A stretch of DNA of 62,286 nucleotides, filler included, from Globobulimina sp. (GCA_003354225.1; 36 parts of 36 records of this genome joined end to end with filler, not necessarily neighbours in it); one strand, 5' to 3'; positions 34,618-46,408 are shown, counted from the whole stretch's first letter. Notes: a model not told the origin generated them from the sequence alone. Numbers and translations are program-made.

Positions 34618-34736
34618 AAAATCAAAGTGGCAGCANNNNNNNNNNNNNNNNNNNNNNNNNNNNNNNNNNNNNNNNNNNNTTAATTAATTAANNNNNNNNN
34701 NNNNNNNNNNNNNNNNNNNNNNNNNNNNNNNNNNNA

Positions 34737-35081
34737 TATGCTATGGTAATGAAAATAATTTTCATTGTGGCAATTATTGGATGCATTGCAGGCACAATTG
34801 CATTGACGTGGATATCAATAAAAGTAGCAAAGAAACATAACGATGAAGGAAGTAATATAATTGATGGGAATTTATTTGATAATGCAACTGTGACAGTGAT
34901 TGCAATCAATTTATTTATGTTTTTATCAGTATTTGATATTTGCATGTTTTGTGAATTTTGTAGGGATAAAATATCCACTATTTATATGGTTCGATATTCA
35001 CCGTATATTACGCACAAAGATTGGGAATTTACTATTTCTGAAAATAAATCCATGCAAACTGCGAGCAATTATGGCAATTAA
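34737..35081 (+). CDS. Membrane protein C-terminal fragment
   Basis: Two hydrophobic helices, open from the contig start. Confidence 0.5.
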   Translation, partial: YAMVMKIIFIVAIIGCIAGTIALTWISIKVAKKHNDEGSNIIDGNLFDNATVTVIAINLFMFLSVFDICMFCEFCRDKISTIYMVRYSPYITHKDWEFTISENKSMQTASNYGN

Positions 35082-35783
35082 ATTCATCGAAAACAAGGTT
35101 TAAAAAAATTGAAATTCAAAATTTGTGCAAGGATAACTTTTTTTGACAATTTAAATTTATTTTCTTTTGTGAATTAATGTTTTACACTATTTTGTGAATA
35201 TATTCCGGGTATATGTCGATTATGATTCAATACATTCCGTTTCCTTAATAGTGCATGTTGCTGCATTTTATCTTTGATGCGCGTATTGGTTCGAATAAAT
35301 GCATCAAGATTTGGTTGGAGTTTGGCTTGTTTAAATTTTGCAGACATTTTTGACCTAAAATTACCATCCATTAATGTTGTACCTGTTTATTATAAAATCT
35401 GTAAATAATTAAAATGCAAAACAATGCAAACATTTAACCATTTGCTGATAAAATAAATATGATAAAAAGCACGACAAATGACCAAAATCTTGCAGTTACA
35501 GCCATGGTTTACGTGCTGTAATTTAATTTACACTAACAAAATTTTTCAGGTTCAATAAAATGTGGAACAGAACTGACAATTTCTAACTGAAGGAAATGTG
35601 CTTTAACAGATTTACGTATCAAAAAAGAAGAAAATGACTTTAATTCGTTAAATAAAATGAAATTTTTAATAAAACAATAGAGAATTTAATAAATAAAGAA
35701 ATAGTCGCAAAATTTCAAACAATCAAAAATATATATTTACTTTCAATTGCTCCATATTTAATAATTCACCGATTAATATTGCT

Positions 35784-36251
35784 TTATTGTAAGTTTTCAT
35801 TTTGTGATTCGGCGGTTTCTAATTCACTCTCAAAATATTTATGAAAATCATCCCGTTCATCACTGACTAGGTTATAATTAAATTGCTGCTCTTTTGCAAT
35901 CTCTTTCAATCGTTGTCGTTTTTTTTGTTGCTTCTCTTTCTTCTCCAAATCTGTCCATTTTTGTTTTCGTTTCTTCCTTTTTTCATATTTCGAAAAATCA
36001 AACTTATCCACTTTTTCCTTTGCTTTTGCATATAACACTTTATATTCTTCAGCTGTTAATTTTGATGCTTTAACCATATTTTCTATTTCTTGCATGTCCT
36101 CGGCGACGCCGTCCAGCACTTCTTTGCGACGTCGCTTTCTTTTCTGTCTTCTTTGAATCAGTTTCAATGCAATAAACACAACAATCCCAAGCACCACAAC
36201 AAAGGCATCCGGCGGCACTCTGTCAACCACTGTCCTTCTTTCATATGCATT
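35784..36251 (-). CDS. Single-pass membrane protein with a Lys/Arg-rich coiled-coil tail
   Basis: TM AFVVVLGIVVFIAL followed by RRQKRKRRRK. Confidence 0.6.
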   Translation of the reverse strand, partial: NAYERRTVVDRVPPDAFVVVLGIVVFIALKLIQRRQKRKRRRKEVLDGVAEDMQEIENMVKASKLTAEEYKVLYAKAKEKVDKFDFSKYEKRKKRKQKWTDLEKKEKQQKKRQRLKEIAKEQQFNYNLVSDERDDFHKYFESELETAESQNENLQ

Positions 36252-36677
36252 CNNNNNNNNNNNNNNNNNNNNNNNNNNNNNNNNNNNNNNNNNNNNTTAA
36301 TTAATTAANNNNNNNNNNNNNNNNNNNNNNNNNNNNNNNNNNNNNNNNNNNNGTATACGGAGAAATATTATTGAAACCGCTGAATTTTGTTTTTTTTTTA
36401 TTTTCAATATTAAACATCAAATTTTTTTTTTTAATCAATCAATACAAAGAATGTATTTTTTGTTTAAATATCAAATTTTTTTGTTTCGATAACTAAATAT
36501 TTGGAAAGAACAAGTTTTTTCGCATCGAAAACAAATTTTTGCAAATATAAATAAATGTTGTGAGTTGAATTAAAATAAATATAAACAAGGATGAGAAAAA
36601 AGAAAATGTGAAACAAAGAAACTCACAAAAGAACCAAAAATAAGTCACAAAAAGTGAAACAATAAACAAATAAATGA

Positions 36678-37987
36678 TTACAAAAAGGAAGGACCATTGT
36701 CCACCTTGCGTTTGGCGATCATATGAGCCGTGTTCTTCAAAAGAATACAGCTAATCTCCGATGTAATAATGTTGATAATGATATTTGAGTTGATATTATA
36801 TTTAGATCCATAATGATTTGCAATCCGTTTAACAAGTAACTGAGCGGGTAAACTCCACCCACCACTTCTCTCAAATGCAATCGGTTGAAATTTCCAATGA
36901 ACTGAACTAATATCTTCCTCATACTTTCTATATTTGTCTCGAATGGCGATGTCGGCCGAAATGCCGGGAAACCGGATAGTTTCCGCCAACTGCCTTAATT
37001 TATACGGTGACACTACAGTCACATCAAATGCATAATCCTGTCCCTTCAAATAATTAAATAAGTATAAATCCGCCGGCTTCGAACCGGAATCCAATAAACC
37101 GGGTTTTTCTTTCTCTACCAAGAATCCAGCCTTTTTAGAGTAATAAACGAGGCAATCTCTAATTTGGTTGTGTGTATGCGTGAATAGGCCGTCTTTGCTT
37201 CCACAATTTATACAATGGGCCCCATACTCATCCATCTCCTTATCGCAATCCACGCAATTCTTTTCGTCGTCGTTCCAATCGAATATTTTCCATCCATATC
37301 GTGCCGATGTGGCTAACTTATAAGATAACGGTGACAAAATTGTTGCCGGCCGCGTAGGCTTTGCGCGGATCCAAGCACCCGCATTGGCGGCCTTTGCCGT
37401 TGCATGTCGACTTTTATCAATAGCCGAACTCAAATTAATTTCGTATTGAGTCAGCCTAAAGTTCTTGATATATTCGGACAACATTTCTTGATTTAATAAA
37501 GAATTGTCACTTAACATAGATGGTTCGACTTGATATTTGTCGCAAAATGTTTGCTTCAAAGATATAAATTCATCGTAAATATGATTCGATAATAGATTCT
37601 GCTCGATTTTATCGCCGATAATCTTCAAATATGGAATAGTTTGGGCATAGGAACCCAGATAGGCCGCGAATGAAATATCTTCAATGGTGCGAACCCCGTG
37701 ACCGCCCTCCTTGACTCCCAAACAAAATTCCATAAACTCAAAATCGGTGAATGTGCGACCATAAATCCGCTCAAATGATTGCTTCAATGAATAGTCGAAA
37801 TCTTTTAAAGCGTCTATAATAATCAGGGGATGCGTTGTGCGGATAATATGATTTAACCGACAAGCATCAAAACAATTTGTTAATAATAAAACGGCCGCTT
37901 GCGTATCTTCCAAAGCGGCTGCTTGATCCATAAGATATTGTAGGTCTTGGACTTTCTGACCAACTTTTTCTTTTATATATGATTCTT
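36678..37987 (-). mobile_element. CRE-like non-LTR retrotransposon 3' end: RT thumb, CCHC zinc knuckle and restriction-like endonuclease
   Basis: LGVKEGGHGVR, AGAWIRA, CVDC...GAHCINC, HNQIRD, KPADL...AFDVTVVSP...KYRKY, FQPIAFERSGGW. A T-rich 3' UTR and A-runs follow to about 36385. Confidence 0.9.
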
Positions 37988-38088
37988 CNNNNNNNNNNNN
38001 NNNNNNNNNNNNNNNNNNNNNNNNNNNNNNNNTTAATTAATTAANNNNNNNNNNNNNNNNNNNNNNNNNNNNNNNNNNNNNNNNNNNN

Positions 38089-38351
38089 GCGTGGACCCCG
38101 CCGCGGTCGTCGGCACTGAGACCTTCACCACGACACCGTGCACCGTCCACGGAGACTGTGCCGGGCTCAGTTGGATGGGATGCGGTTCCTTCAGCGGCAC
38201 AACGCTTCTGGCCACGCCGAACCCGAACAATCCGGCAGTTCAGCTCCTCGAAACGGGCAGTGCACCGCTGGGCCAGATCCAACAGGTGTGCACTCTGGTG
38301 TGCACGGGCGACAACTGCGGCCTTGTGTGCTCGGACCCCGAAGAGTCCTGA
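38089..38351 (+). CDS. GC-rich bacterial Cys-rich protein C-terminus
   Basis: High GC at third codon positions, several Cys, open from the contig start. Confidence 0.5.
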
Positions 38352-38383
38352 CGTCGGGAGTCCCGTGAGGCTTGCGGTTCTGC

Positions 38384-38740
38384 ATGTACGGTGACGATGC
38401 GAGGAGCTACTTGTTGGCCAAACCCGCGGCGACCGAAGGGACGCCTTTCGGTCCCGACGTTCTCGTCTACAAGGTAGCGGGCAAGATGTTCGCCACGCTG
38501 GGAGTGGACGGCGCTACGGAGACGGCACGCATGAATCTCAAGTGCGACCCGGATCGAGCCGAGGCTCTGAGAGCCGAGCATGAAACGATTCTTCCCGGCT
38601 ACCACATGAACAAGCGCCACTGGAACACGCTGGTACTCGACGGTCGGTTGCCCGCAGCCGTAGTGACGCAACTGATCGACCACTCTTACGAGTTGGTCGT
38701 TGCCCGGCTTCCCCGGGAGCTGCGATCGACTCTGACATCA
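38384..38740 (+). CDS. MmcQ/YjbR-family DNA-binding protein (bacterial), 3' end fused to AT-rich DNA
   Basis: PFGPDVLVYKVAGKMFA...NLKCDP...PGYHMNKRHWNT...IDHSYELV. Confidence 0.9.
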
Positions 38741-39017
38741 TGCGGATATTTTATCCATTCAATCCATTTATCCGTTGATTGATCATATTTGAGGAGTCCG
38801 GGATAGATATCCATATTGTAATCATTGTATGAATTGAGTGCAATGAAAAAGCCATCATAACTGCGAGAAAATAGTCTATTGAAAGATGTAGAATATGGAA
38901 TGTCATTAATGCCAAACAATTGGGTCCATTGTGACGGATTCATGACAGCAAACAGTTTTAATTTTTTCAAACGTTGGACCAAGAAAACCAAAATTAATTA
39001 TTTACACACACACAAAA

Positions 39018-39724
39018 TCAAAACGAACTCAATTGATGATTATATTCATACATATTAAATCCGCCCTTTTCCGCAGGTATTTGATTTTTAACATCTTGAG
39101 CAGGTTTATTTAAAAATTCTTGATCAACACAATAATGACCATTTTGTGTATTTGGTTGAAATACTGCATCGTATTCATGCTTTAATAATTTATTCCAATT
39201 TATAGATTTAAACAATTTATGCTTTTGTAATGCAGAAACACCTTTTTTTGATCCTAACCGTTTTGACGTATTTCTATTTAACAACAATTTAATAAAATCT
39301 TTCAATTCTTTTGAACCAAATTTATGATTAACATCTTTTTTATCAAATTTTAATTTTTCTTTTTTTATATTTGTATACATTTGGTTCACATTTTGATCAT
39401 AAAATGGTGGAATACCAAATACCAACTCATACAAAGTTGTGCCAATCGCCCAGAAATCAACAGGTTTCCCATACTGTTTCCCCTCAATCACTTCCGGTGC
39501 GAGATATTCTGGGACGCCACAAAATGTATTCGTTTGTAATGTTTGTCCCAATTGTTTGCCCAAAGTAAAATCGCAAAGTACGACATGTCCATTTGCTCGC
39601 AATAATATATTTTCTGGATATATTTGTCTATGTATTATGTTAAATGAATGTAAATGTCCCACTGCTAAAATTATTTCAGCGACTATAAATCGCGCGAGAT
39701 TCTCAGCAAATTTTGATTTTATTT
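39018..39724 (-). CDS. AGC-family pseudokinase, C-terminal part
   Basis: HRQIYPEN, CDFT, FCGVPEYLAPE, VDFWAIG, PPFYDQN. Confidence 0.85.
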
Positions 39725-40561
39725 NNNNNNNNNNNNNNNNNNNNNNNNNNNNNNNNNNNNNNNNNNNNTTAATTAATTAANNNNNNNNNNNNNNNNNNNN
39801 NNNNNNNNNNNNNNNNNNNNNNNNTTTATCGCGATATCAAATCATCAAAAAATGATCAAATTATGATAAATCAACTCAATATTACATCAACATAATATAT
39901 TGTGGTTTCCAACTACTATCAACATTCAACAATAAGGTTGAGAATGGCAGAAGTGTTATCCTCGCGCAGGTGAGCTAATTTATTGTGGTGAGCAATCAAC
40001 TTCAAAAGTTGAAGTCCGATCGCCACAATGAAAATTAGCTCAATAGTTGTGAGTGATTGTTCGATTGCCTTGCTTTGCACCACAATATAAACTTAAATCT
40101 TGCAATTGATGGGAATGAATAAGAGAAAATATTTATACGTAATTCCGATTTTGCAATAGAAAAAATGCTATTTGTTTTTAACGTATAAGTGACATTCGAA
40201 TAGTTATAACAGTAAACAAAAGAGTTGGTTATCACTCATGGGAATAAAATTGAAACAGTATTAGTTTGCTTTAATGGGCTAATTCAATCAAGTATATCTC
40301 AACCACTTTAAAAGCAATATTGTTTCTATCACGAATTGAATTTTGTGTATGAGTTTCCATTGCTTTTTTATGTAAATACTAAATATTATAAATTGTATCT
40401 CGTTCCTTTACGTTTATACCAGCCAGTGAATTGGATATTGATTTGTAACTTTTACTGAATCTAAATAAGCACAATCGCAAGTGTTTCAGCCCCATGTTAG
40501 CTCACAGTAAAACATGCAAAAAACTGTAAAGATATACTGTAAAATTAACACATTAAATTTG

Positions 40562-41460
40562 CTACAATGGAGTGTCTGACATCCAAAATTGAAGCTGTGC
40601 TCCATTCATTATATACCTGCTATATATAAAAACGGTTCTTGTTTGAGCTCAACAACTTTGCCATTCACACTACAATTCACTATGTACACATTAGAGTCAG
40701 ATCCATTGTATACTTTGATATGAATATCTCCCTTTTCTCTGTGCAATATGACATCATTGAAAAATGGAGAGCCGAGCACATAGCTTCCATCTCCTGATCG
40801 AGGATAAAAGCCTAAGAATGCAAACACGGCCCAAGCACTCATGGTGCCATAATCATCATTGCCGGGAACTCCATCCGCCGTATTTGGGTATTTCAATTGC
40901 AACAACTTCCGCGAATATTTGGCCGTCAAATCTTGTCTATTTGCAGGAGGAAACGCAAACTGCCAAACAGAGAATAAGTCCTCTTCGTTGCCAGCCCAAT
41001 AATATGGATTCGGCATAAAATTATAGGGATCGACAAAAGATCTGTCAAAGAATTGTGTCAATTGCTCAACATAATAAGTTGTGTCCTTAAACAAGGAAAT
41101 CAATCCCGACACATCATGCGGAACAAAGAATCGATAGTGCCACGCATTGCCCTCAATATATTTACCATTTGTCAGTGACAATGGATCCATCGGACACAAC
41201 AAAGTTCCATTCTTATTCCTGGGACACATAAACTGTTTGTCTTTGCTCCACACATTCTTATAAAAGTTGCTTCGATTTAAAAACATTGCATAATCAGACG
41301 TTTTGTTCAAATGCTTTGCGACATTGGCAACAGCCCAATCATCATAGCAATACGCCAATGTATGGCAGGCGCCCTCCGACGTAGACTCATATGGAACATA
41401 TCCCAATTCAATATAGTCGGAAATATCAGTTCTTGCCGCATGTTGCTGTGGTTTGGTGGC
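40562..41460 (-). CDS. GH92 alpha-1,2-mannosidase, 3' part, with a 2-nt frameshift near the end
   Basis: TLAYCYDDW, YIEGNAWHYRFFVPHD, GNEED, PGNDDYGTMSAW, YVLGSPFF. Confidence 0.9.
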
Positions 41461-41688
41461 NNNNNNNNNNNNNNNNNNNNNNNNNNNNNNNNNNNNNNNN
41501 NNNNTTAATTAATTAANNNNNNNNNNNNNNNNNNNNNNNNNNNNNNNNNNNNNNNNNNNNTTAAAAAAAGTAATAAATATATATATATATATACAAAAAA
41601 TAAAAAAACAGATACCTATATATATATATATATAAAAACAAAGTTAGGAACTTGATTAGTAAAGCATACAAAACTTTAAGGTGAAACA

Positions 41689-42831
41689 ATGGCATTAAAG
41701 TCAAAAGAGTTTACACTTGCTCAGGTGATTACAGCATATATTTATCACAACAAAATTGATGAAAACGGTGATTTGTTTAATGAACCAGCGGCGAAATTAG
41801 GTACAGAGATATCAGAGACAAAAATAAAACTCATTGTTGACAACAGAAAAAAACGAACCAATGAAATTATGATGTTAGTGGTGAACATGAGCCAAAATAA
41901 AGAACTTTATCATCAAATTACAAATATATGTGCAGCTCAAAACATCTTAACACAATCATTAAATGTTAAAATCAACGCTGTAGAAAAAGCATTTGGATAT
42001 ACAGGTTCACGAAAATGTATTTTGAGAGTGTTAAAAGCAGACTTATTGATAACTGGATATTTACGGAAATTTCGCAAAGCGTCATTATCACCAAATATTT
42101 TTCAAACGTGTATTGCATTATGTCTTCTGTTTTTTGGTACGAAATGTGATGGAACATTGAAAGTTAAATACGAATCTACAAAAGGTAGTCATAAAGGAGC
42201 TGTAGCTGTTACATTTGATTCAACATCATGGCCACGAGCAGCAATAAGTTATTGTACTGAGTGTAAAAGATGTTTTGCGAAATATCAATATGGATCCATC
42301 AAAACTACAAAAGGTGATAAATATTTTTTAGGTGTCGAGTTTAGGAAATATTTTCAGGAAAAACTGTCATATTTTGACACAGATTTATTTTACGAATTTG
42401 GTGATTCATCAAATGATCAAGGTATTGGTGCAGAATTTTTTGTACGTCAATACAACACACGATGGAGACGTAGAAGAGAACAAATACGTATACAATTAAC
42501 CAAATTCGGTCAAAAATTAGGAAACAAGAAGACTGCAGACCCTTTGTTGTCAGCGGGCTCATTTTTAGATGCATATTTATGTTATTTTATTCGTTTAGTG
42601 ATTCAACATTATTTCATTCCTGGGAATGAATTATTATGCATTCCAGGTGAGTTGATTAGATCATATTTATTGGCAAAGGGAATTAAAACTGCATTATTAT
42701 GTAAATCCAATAAAAGAATAAGTCAGTACCACGTTGGATACCTGTGCAGGTTGTGCAATAAATTTTTTAACTCGAACAAGTTTGAAGAAAAAAGACATAA
42801 ATTCCTTTGTAAATTGGTGTTTTTTAACTGA
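41689..42831 (+). CDS. Hypothetical protein with a CxC5-like cysteine cluster (KDZ-transposon-associated type)
   Basis: AISYCTECKRCFAKYQYG...KYFQ..SYFDTDLF resembles the CxC5 layout. Confidence 0.4.
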   Translation: MALKSKEFTLAQVITAYIYHNKIDENGDLFNEPAAKLGTEISETKIKLIVDNRKKRTNEIMMLVVNMSQNKELYHQITNICAAQNILTQSLNVKINAVEKAFGYTGSRKCILRVLKADLLITGYLRKFRKASLSPNIFQTCIALCLLFFGTKCDGTLKVKYESTKGSHKGAVAVTFDSTSWPRAAISYCTECKRCFAKYQYGSIKTTKGDKYFLGVEFRKYFQEKLSYFDTDLFYEFGDSSNDQGIGAEFFVRQYNTRWRRRREQIRIQLTKFGQKLGNKKTADPLLSAGSFLDAYLCYFIRLVIQHYFIPGNELLCIPGELIRSYLLAKGIKTALLCKSNKRISQYHVGYLCRLCNKFFNSNKFEEKRHKFLCKLVFFN

Positions 42832-43296
42832 TAAACGTGGTCGTTCAAAGAGCGTGAAAAATAAAACTGCAATGTTAGAAGCGATTAACAAAAAATATAC
42901 AAATGATACACAAGAACAATGGAGGACAATATACAAATGATACACAAAAAATATACAAATGATATACAAATGGAGGATCGTTATCATTTTTGCTGGATAT
43001 GATATGATGTGTAGCATATTAGCTGTTATATTAAGTAACAATTCAAATCGATTAATGCAAATTTGTTCTGCTGTTAAAGCTGCATTATATTTTTGGTTTA
43101 TTTTAGGATTCATTTAAACCGAATTCATTTAAAGGAATGCCTAAATTGTCAGAGTTAGTGGAGATAAAATATTTCACAGATATTAAACGAGAATTANNNN
43201 NNNNNNNNNNNNNNNNNNNNNNNNNNNNNNNNNNNNNNNNTTAATTAATTAANNNNNNNNNNNNNNNNNNNNNNNNNNNNNNNNNNNNNNNNNNNN

Positions 43297-43524
43297 AAAG
43301 AGATGAAAACAAATATCATTCAAATTATTGAATTTGTCAACAAAAATTACAATCATTTGCCAAAATTACCAAAAGAGAAAGAATTATCATCGCCAATCTC
43401 ATTTCCGTTTGAAATCACTGCGCCAAACAAGAATTCATTGGAGGACGGATATTCTGCGCAATTTCTGAGAGGCTTCAAATCTACGATCAAGAAATTGGTG
43501 GAAAATGCACCACAAACAAATTAA
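43297..43524 (+). CDS. Hypothetical protein C-terminus
   Basis: Open from the contig start. Convergent with the next gene, with 10 nt between the stops. Confidence 0.45.
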   Translation, partial: KEMKTNIIQIIEFVNKNYNHLPKLPKEKELSSPISFPFEITAPNKNSLEDGYSAQFLRGFKSTIKKLVENAPQTN

Positions 43525-43534
43525 ACAATAAACA

Positions 43535-44899
43535 CTAAAACGACTTATATTTGAGCACAATTTGCTGCTGTTTCTGCAAAACGAGAGCCAATTCATACAA
43601 CATAACGTCCCATCTATTCCTCTTCAAAATGGTTTGGTGTTCGGACAGAGTCAGCCTTATATCGAATGGCTTATCAAAGTTCTTATTTATTTCGGTTTCC
43701 ATCGATATCTTCATTGTATTCTCGCCACTCAACTTCCAAAAATATTGTAACTGCTTCCCAGAACTCACTAAGTCCTCAAACAAGCCAATCCAGCCCATAC
43801 TTAACAGATTATTCCTCGCCACAACGTATTCATTGCCATTTACCAGCACATTCTCCATATTTTCATTCAAATGCGAGCCGCACAAATATTTGGTCATTAT
43901 ATTCCTATTTAGTTTATGCTCCACAAATTGCTCCAAATCCTCATATTTCTCTTTGTTGTCCATATCATAATAATTAGCCACCACAAAATCAACAGGTTCT
44001 CGCAAAACTGTATAATATGTAAAGTTGAGTTTATTTATCCACAAATCTTTGCCATTTCCAATATCCTCCAATTCATCAATACTTAGCACATATTTTTTAG
44101 TCTTTTCCTTCTCCTTCAAATCCGATATAAATATTTTGTCAAATCCGTACGGCAAATGTCCGTAAACCACTTTTATTTTTTGCATATTTCCATTATTATT
44201 ATTCTCAATGTCTGATGCTTTGAAATGTAATATTTGATTCTCTTTGAAATGTGCATTGATTATATGAGCAATAAGTGATTGCATCGCCGTATGAGGAATA
44301 TGTATGAATAAATACGCACCATTTTGCGGGATAATATCTGTTAAATATTCTATCCTTTGCGACAGCGCATTAATCTCATTGTCATTCAGCAAATGCTGAG
44401 TTGTAATGTTTATCATCGCCTCCAATAATTCATTGCAGTCCGAAGGCAATGGCTTCTTCAAATAATTATGAGATAATATGTTTCTTTCAATGCATAGAGG
44501 TTCCAAATATTTTAAAAATATATTCCTAATCTCGTCCTTGTTATTTCTGCTTTGAATATTTATTTCAATCCATTCATCTTTATCTTTCGTGTCTGCATTG
44601 AGTGGATTGTAGTCATTGTTTATGGAACTCATATTGTTGAAGGACTCATTATTTTTATTGTGCCTTCTTATCCATTGAGCATACTTTGGATGTAACTTCA
44701 TATTCATCAGTTTCTGCGTATAATGTTGCTGATCGACATCCGTTTGTTCTACAAAAAACTGCAGTTGGTTATACGGATAGTAATACCACAATAAAAATAG
44801 TGTTAAACAGCCACAAAAGCCCAGCAAACCAACAGCAATCATGCTTTTAACCTTCATTGGTTTCGATGCTTCTTTTCGCTTTCTTCGAGGTCGACGCAT
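43535..44899 (-). CDS. Golgi type II sulfotransferase-fold protein with degenerate PAPS motifs
   Basis: TM near the N-terminus; LFIHIPHTAMQSL, YYTVLREPVDFVVANYY, WIGLFE, NRWDVMLYELA. Confidence 0.8.
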   Translation of the reverse strand: MRRPRRKRKEASKPMKVKSMIAVGLLGFCGCLTLFLLWYYYPYNQLQFFVEQTDVDQQHYTQKLMNMKLHPKYAQWIRRHNKNNESFNNMSSINNDYNPLNADTKDKDEWIEINIQSRNNKDEIRNIFLKYLEPLCIERNILSHNYLKKPLPSDCNELLEAMINITTQHLLNDNEINALSQRIEYLTDIIPQNGAYLFIHIPHTAMQSLIAHIINAHFKENQILHFKASDIENNNNGNMQKIKVVYGHLPYGFDKIFISDLKEKEKTKKYVLSIDELEDIGNGKDLWINKLNFTYYTVLREPVDFVVANYYDMDNKEKYEDLEQFVEHKLNRNIMTKYLCGSHLNENMENVLVNGNEYVVARNNLLSMGWIGLFEDLVSSGKQLQYFWKLSGENTMKISMETEINKNFDKPFDIRLTLSEHQTILKRNRWDVMLYELALVLQKQQQIVLKYKSF

Positions 44900-45288
44900 C
44901 TTTGTTTGTTGCGAAAGTTTTCAGTCAACTGANNNNNNNNNNNNNNNNNNNNNNNNNNNNNNNNNNNNNNNNNNNNTTAATTAATTAANNNNNNNNNNNN
45001 NNNNNNNNNNNNNNNNNNNNNNNNNNNNNNNNCTCTTAAGTTTAGATTGATTGAATATAAATTCATATGCACTAAATTTCAATAAACTTTCTTCATCCTC
45101 TTTCTGTCCATATCACTTTGATTTGATGAAAGTATTAAAACAAAAAACTTTCCGCCGCCACTTACAAAAAATATGCTCCTATCGCTAGCCACACATTTAT
45201 AATAACTGCCCAAAGTAGGGAATACCTCTTCAGCCAGAATGAGGGGAATCAGATCGAGCTAGGTATTCACTAAAAACCTTGTTTGTTG

Positions 45289-46408
45289 ATGGGTTCTTCA
45301 GAATCTACGTGTTGTAATTGGACCAAATCAGCTGCAGAATCAGTTGCAGTACCATCATACGAACGAATTGAAAAAGTAGTTAATCACTCACGACATAAAC
45401 AATCCTGTACTAACGATGCAAATAATAGTAAAACTAATTCTGAACTTGAAATCTTTGGAGATACTGACAATCCGTCAGAAAGGTTACTATCTCAAGATAA
45501 TAATTATTGCGCTCAAAATACAATAACCGTCGAACCGCAATCAAACAAACTTGAAAGTGAGCAAAACAAAGTATGATTTTCTGTGAAAACACTTACATCC
45601 AAAATCCAAATGATTATAATAATGCAACAACACATAAAAACAGCGAAGGTTAACCAGTCCACTGTTTGTTGTGGATTTTGAAATATTTAAATTTGATACA
45701 AACAAATGTGAACAGAATGGAAACAGCAACATAATTATTGAAGAATGCGATGCATTGACTCGGTTTATGAGTGCGTTACAATATTATTTATCATTCAATA
45801 TATCAGACAATGCATTGTCGCATACTGTACTCACTTCATTCTGTAATAATATTTATAAAAATATATTGAATGATTATATCCATATTGTGTCAAATCATTC
45901 GAATCAATTCAAACTTAAAAGTAAAATGGTCGGAAAATGTGCACTTTCCAACTGCGATTATAGTAATTATACCGTTCAAAAAAGTAAACAAAACGGAGTG
46001 TTCCTATTTTATCGTGATTTATTTGATTGTGTTCATAATGCTTTGTTTCATGATGACGATGTACGACATTTTGGAGAATGTAAACGGTTTATTCATCCAA
46101 ATGATATCATGGAAAGTTATGGACAGTTACAAGAGATCAAAGATTGTCAAAATGGACAGTGTATTGATGAAATATTTGGTGACAGTTTGAAGGAAATTGT
46201 TGATGTTTATGTCAATCTGAATTGTGTGGCAAGCAATGATAATGATTTCACAAGTGATATATATAAAAAACATTATTCTGATTGTATTTTAGTGATTGGA
46301 TATATTCGAAGTGTGTCAAATTTCCATGCAATGATCGGAGTAGTAAATATATTGATTCTCAATTATTTCACAAAAGAACGATCGTATTCCGCAACAAAGC
46401 ATAAATGA
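45289..46408 (+). CDS. Putatively dual-acylated protein (MGSSES..CC) with an uncharacterised Cys/His/Asp domain, intron 45571-45643
   Basis: A GTATGA...AACAG intron joins ORFs 45283 and 45671 in frame. Confidence 0.65.

Noticed and set aside
38138-38741. Multiple overlapping ORFs on both strands
   Set aside because: Expected in high-GC DNA. Only the MmcQ/YjbR frame has recognisable motifs.
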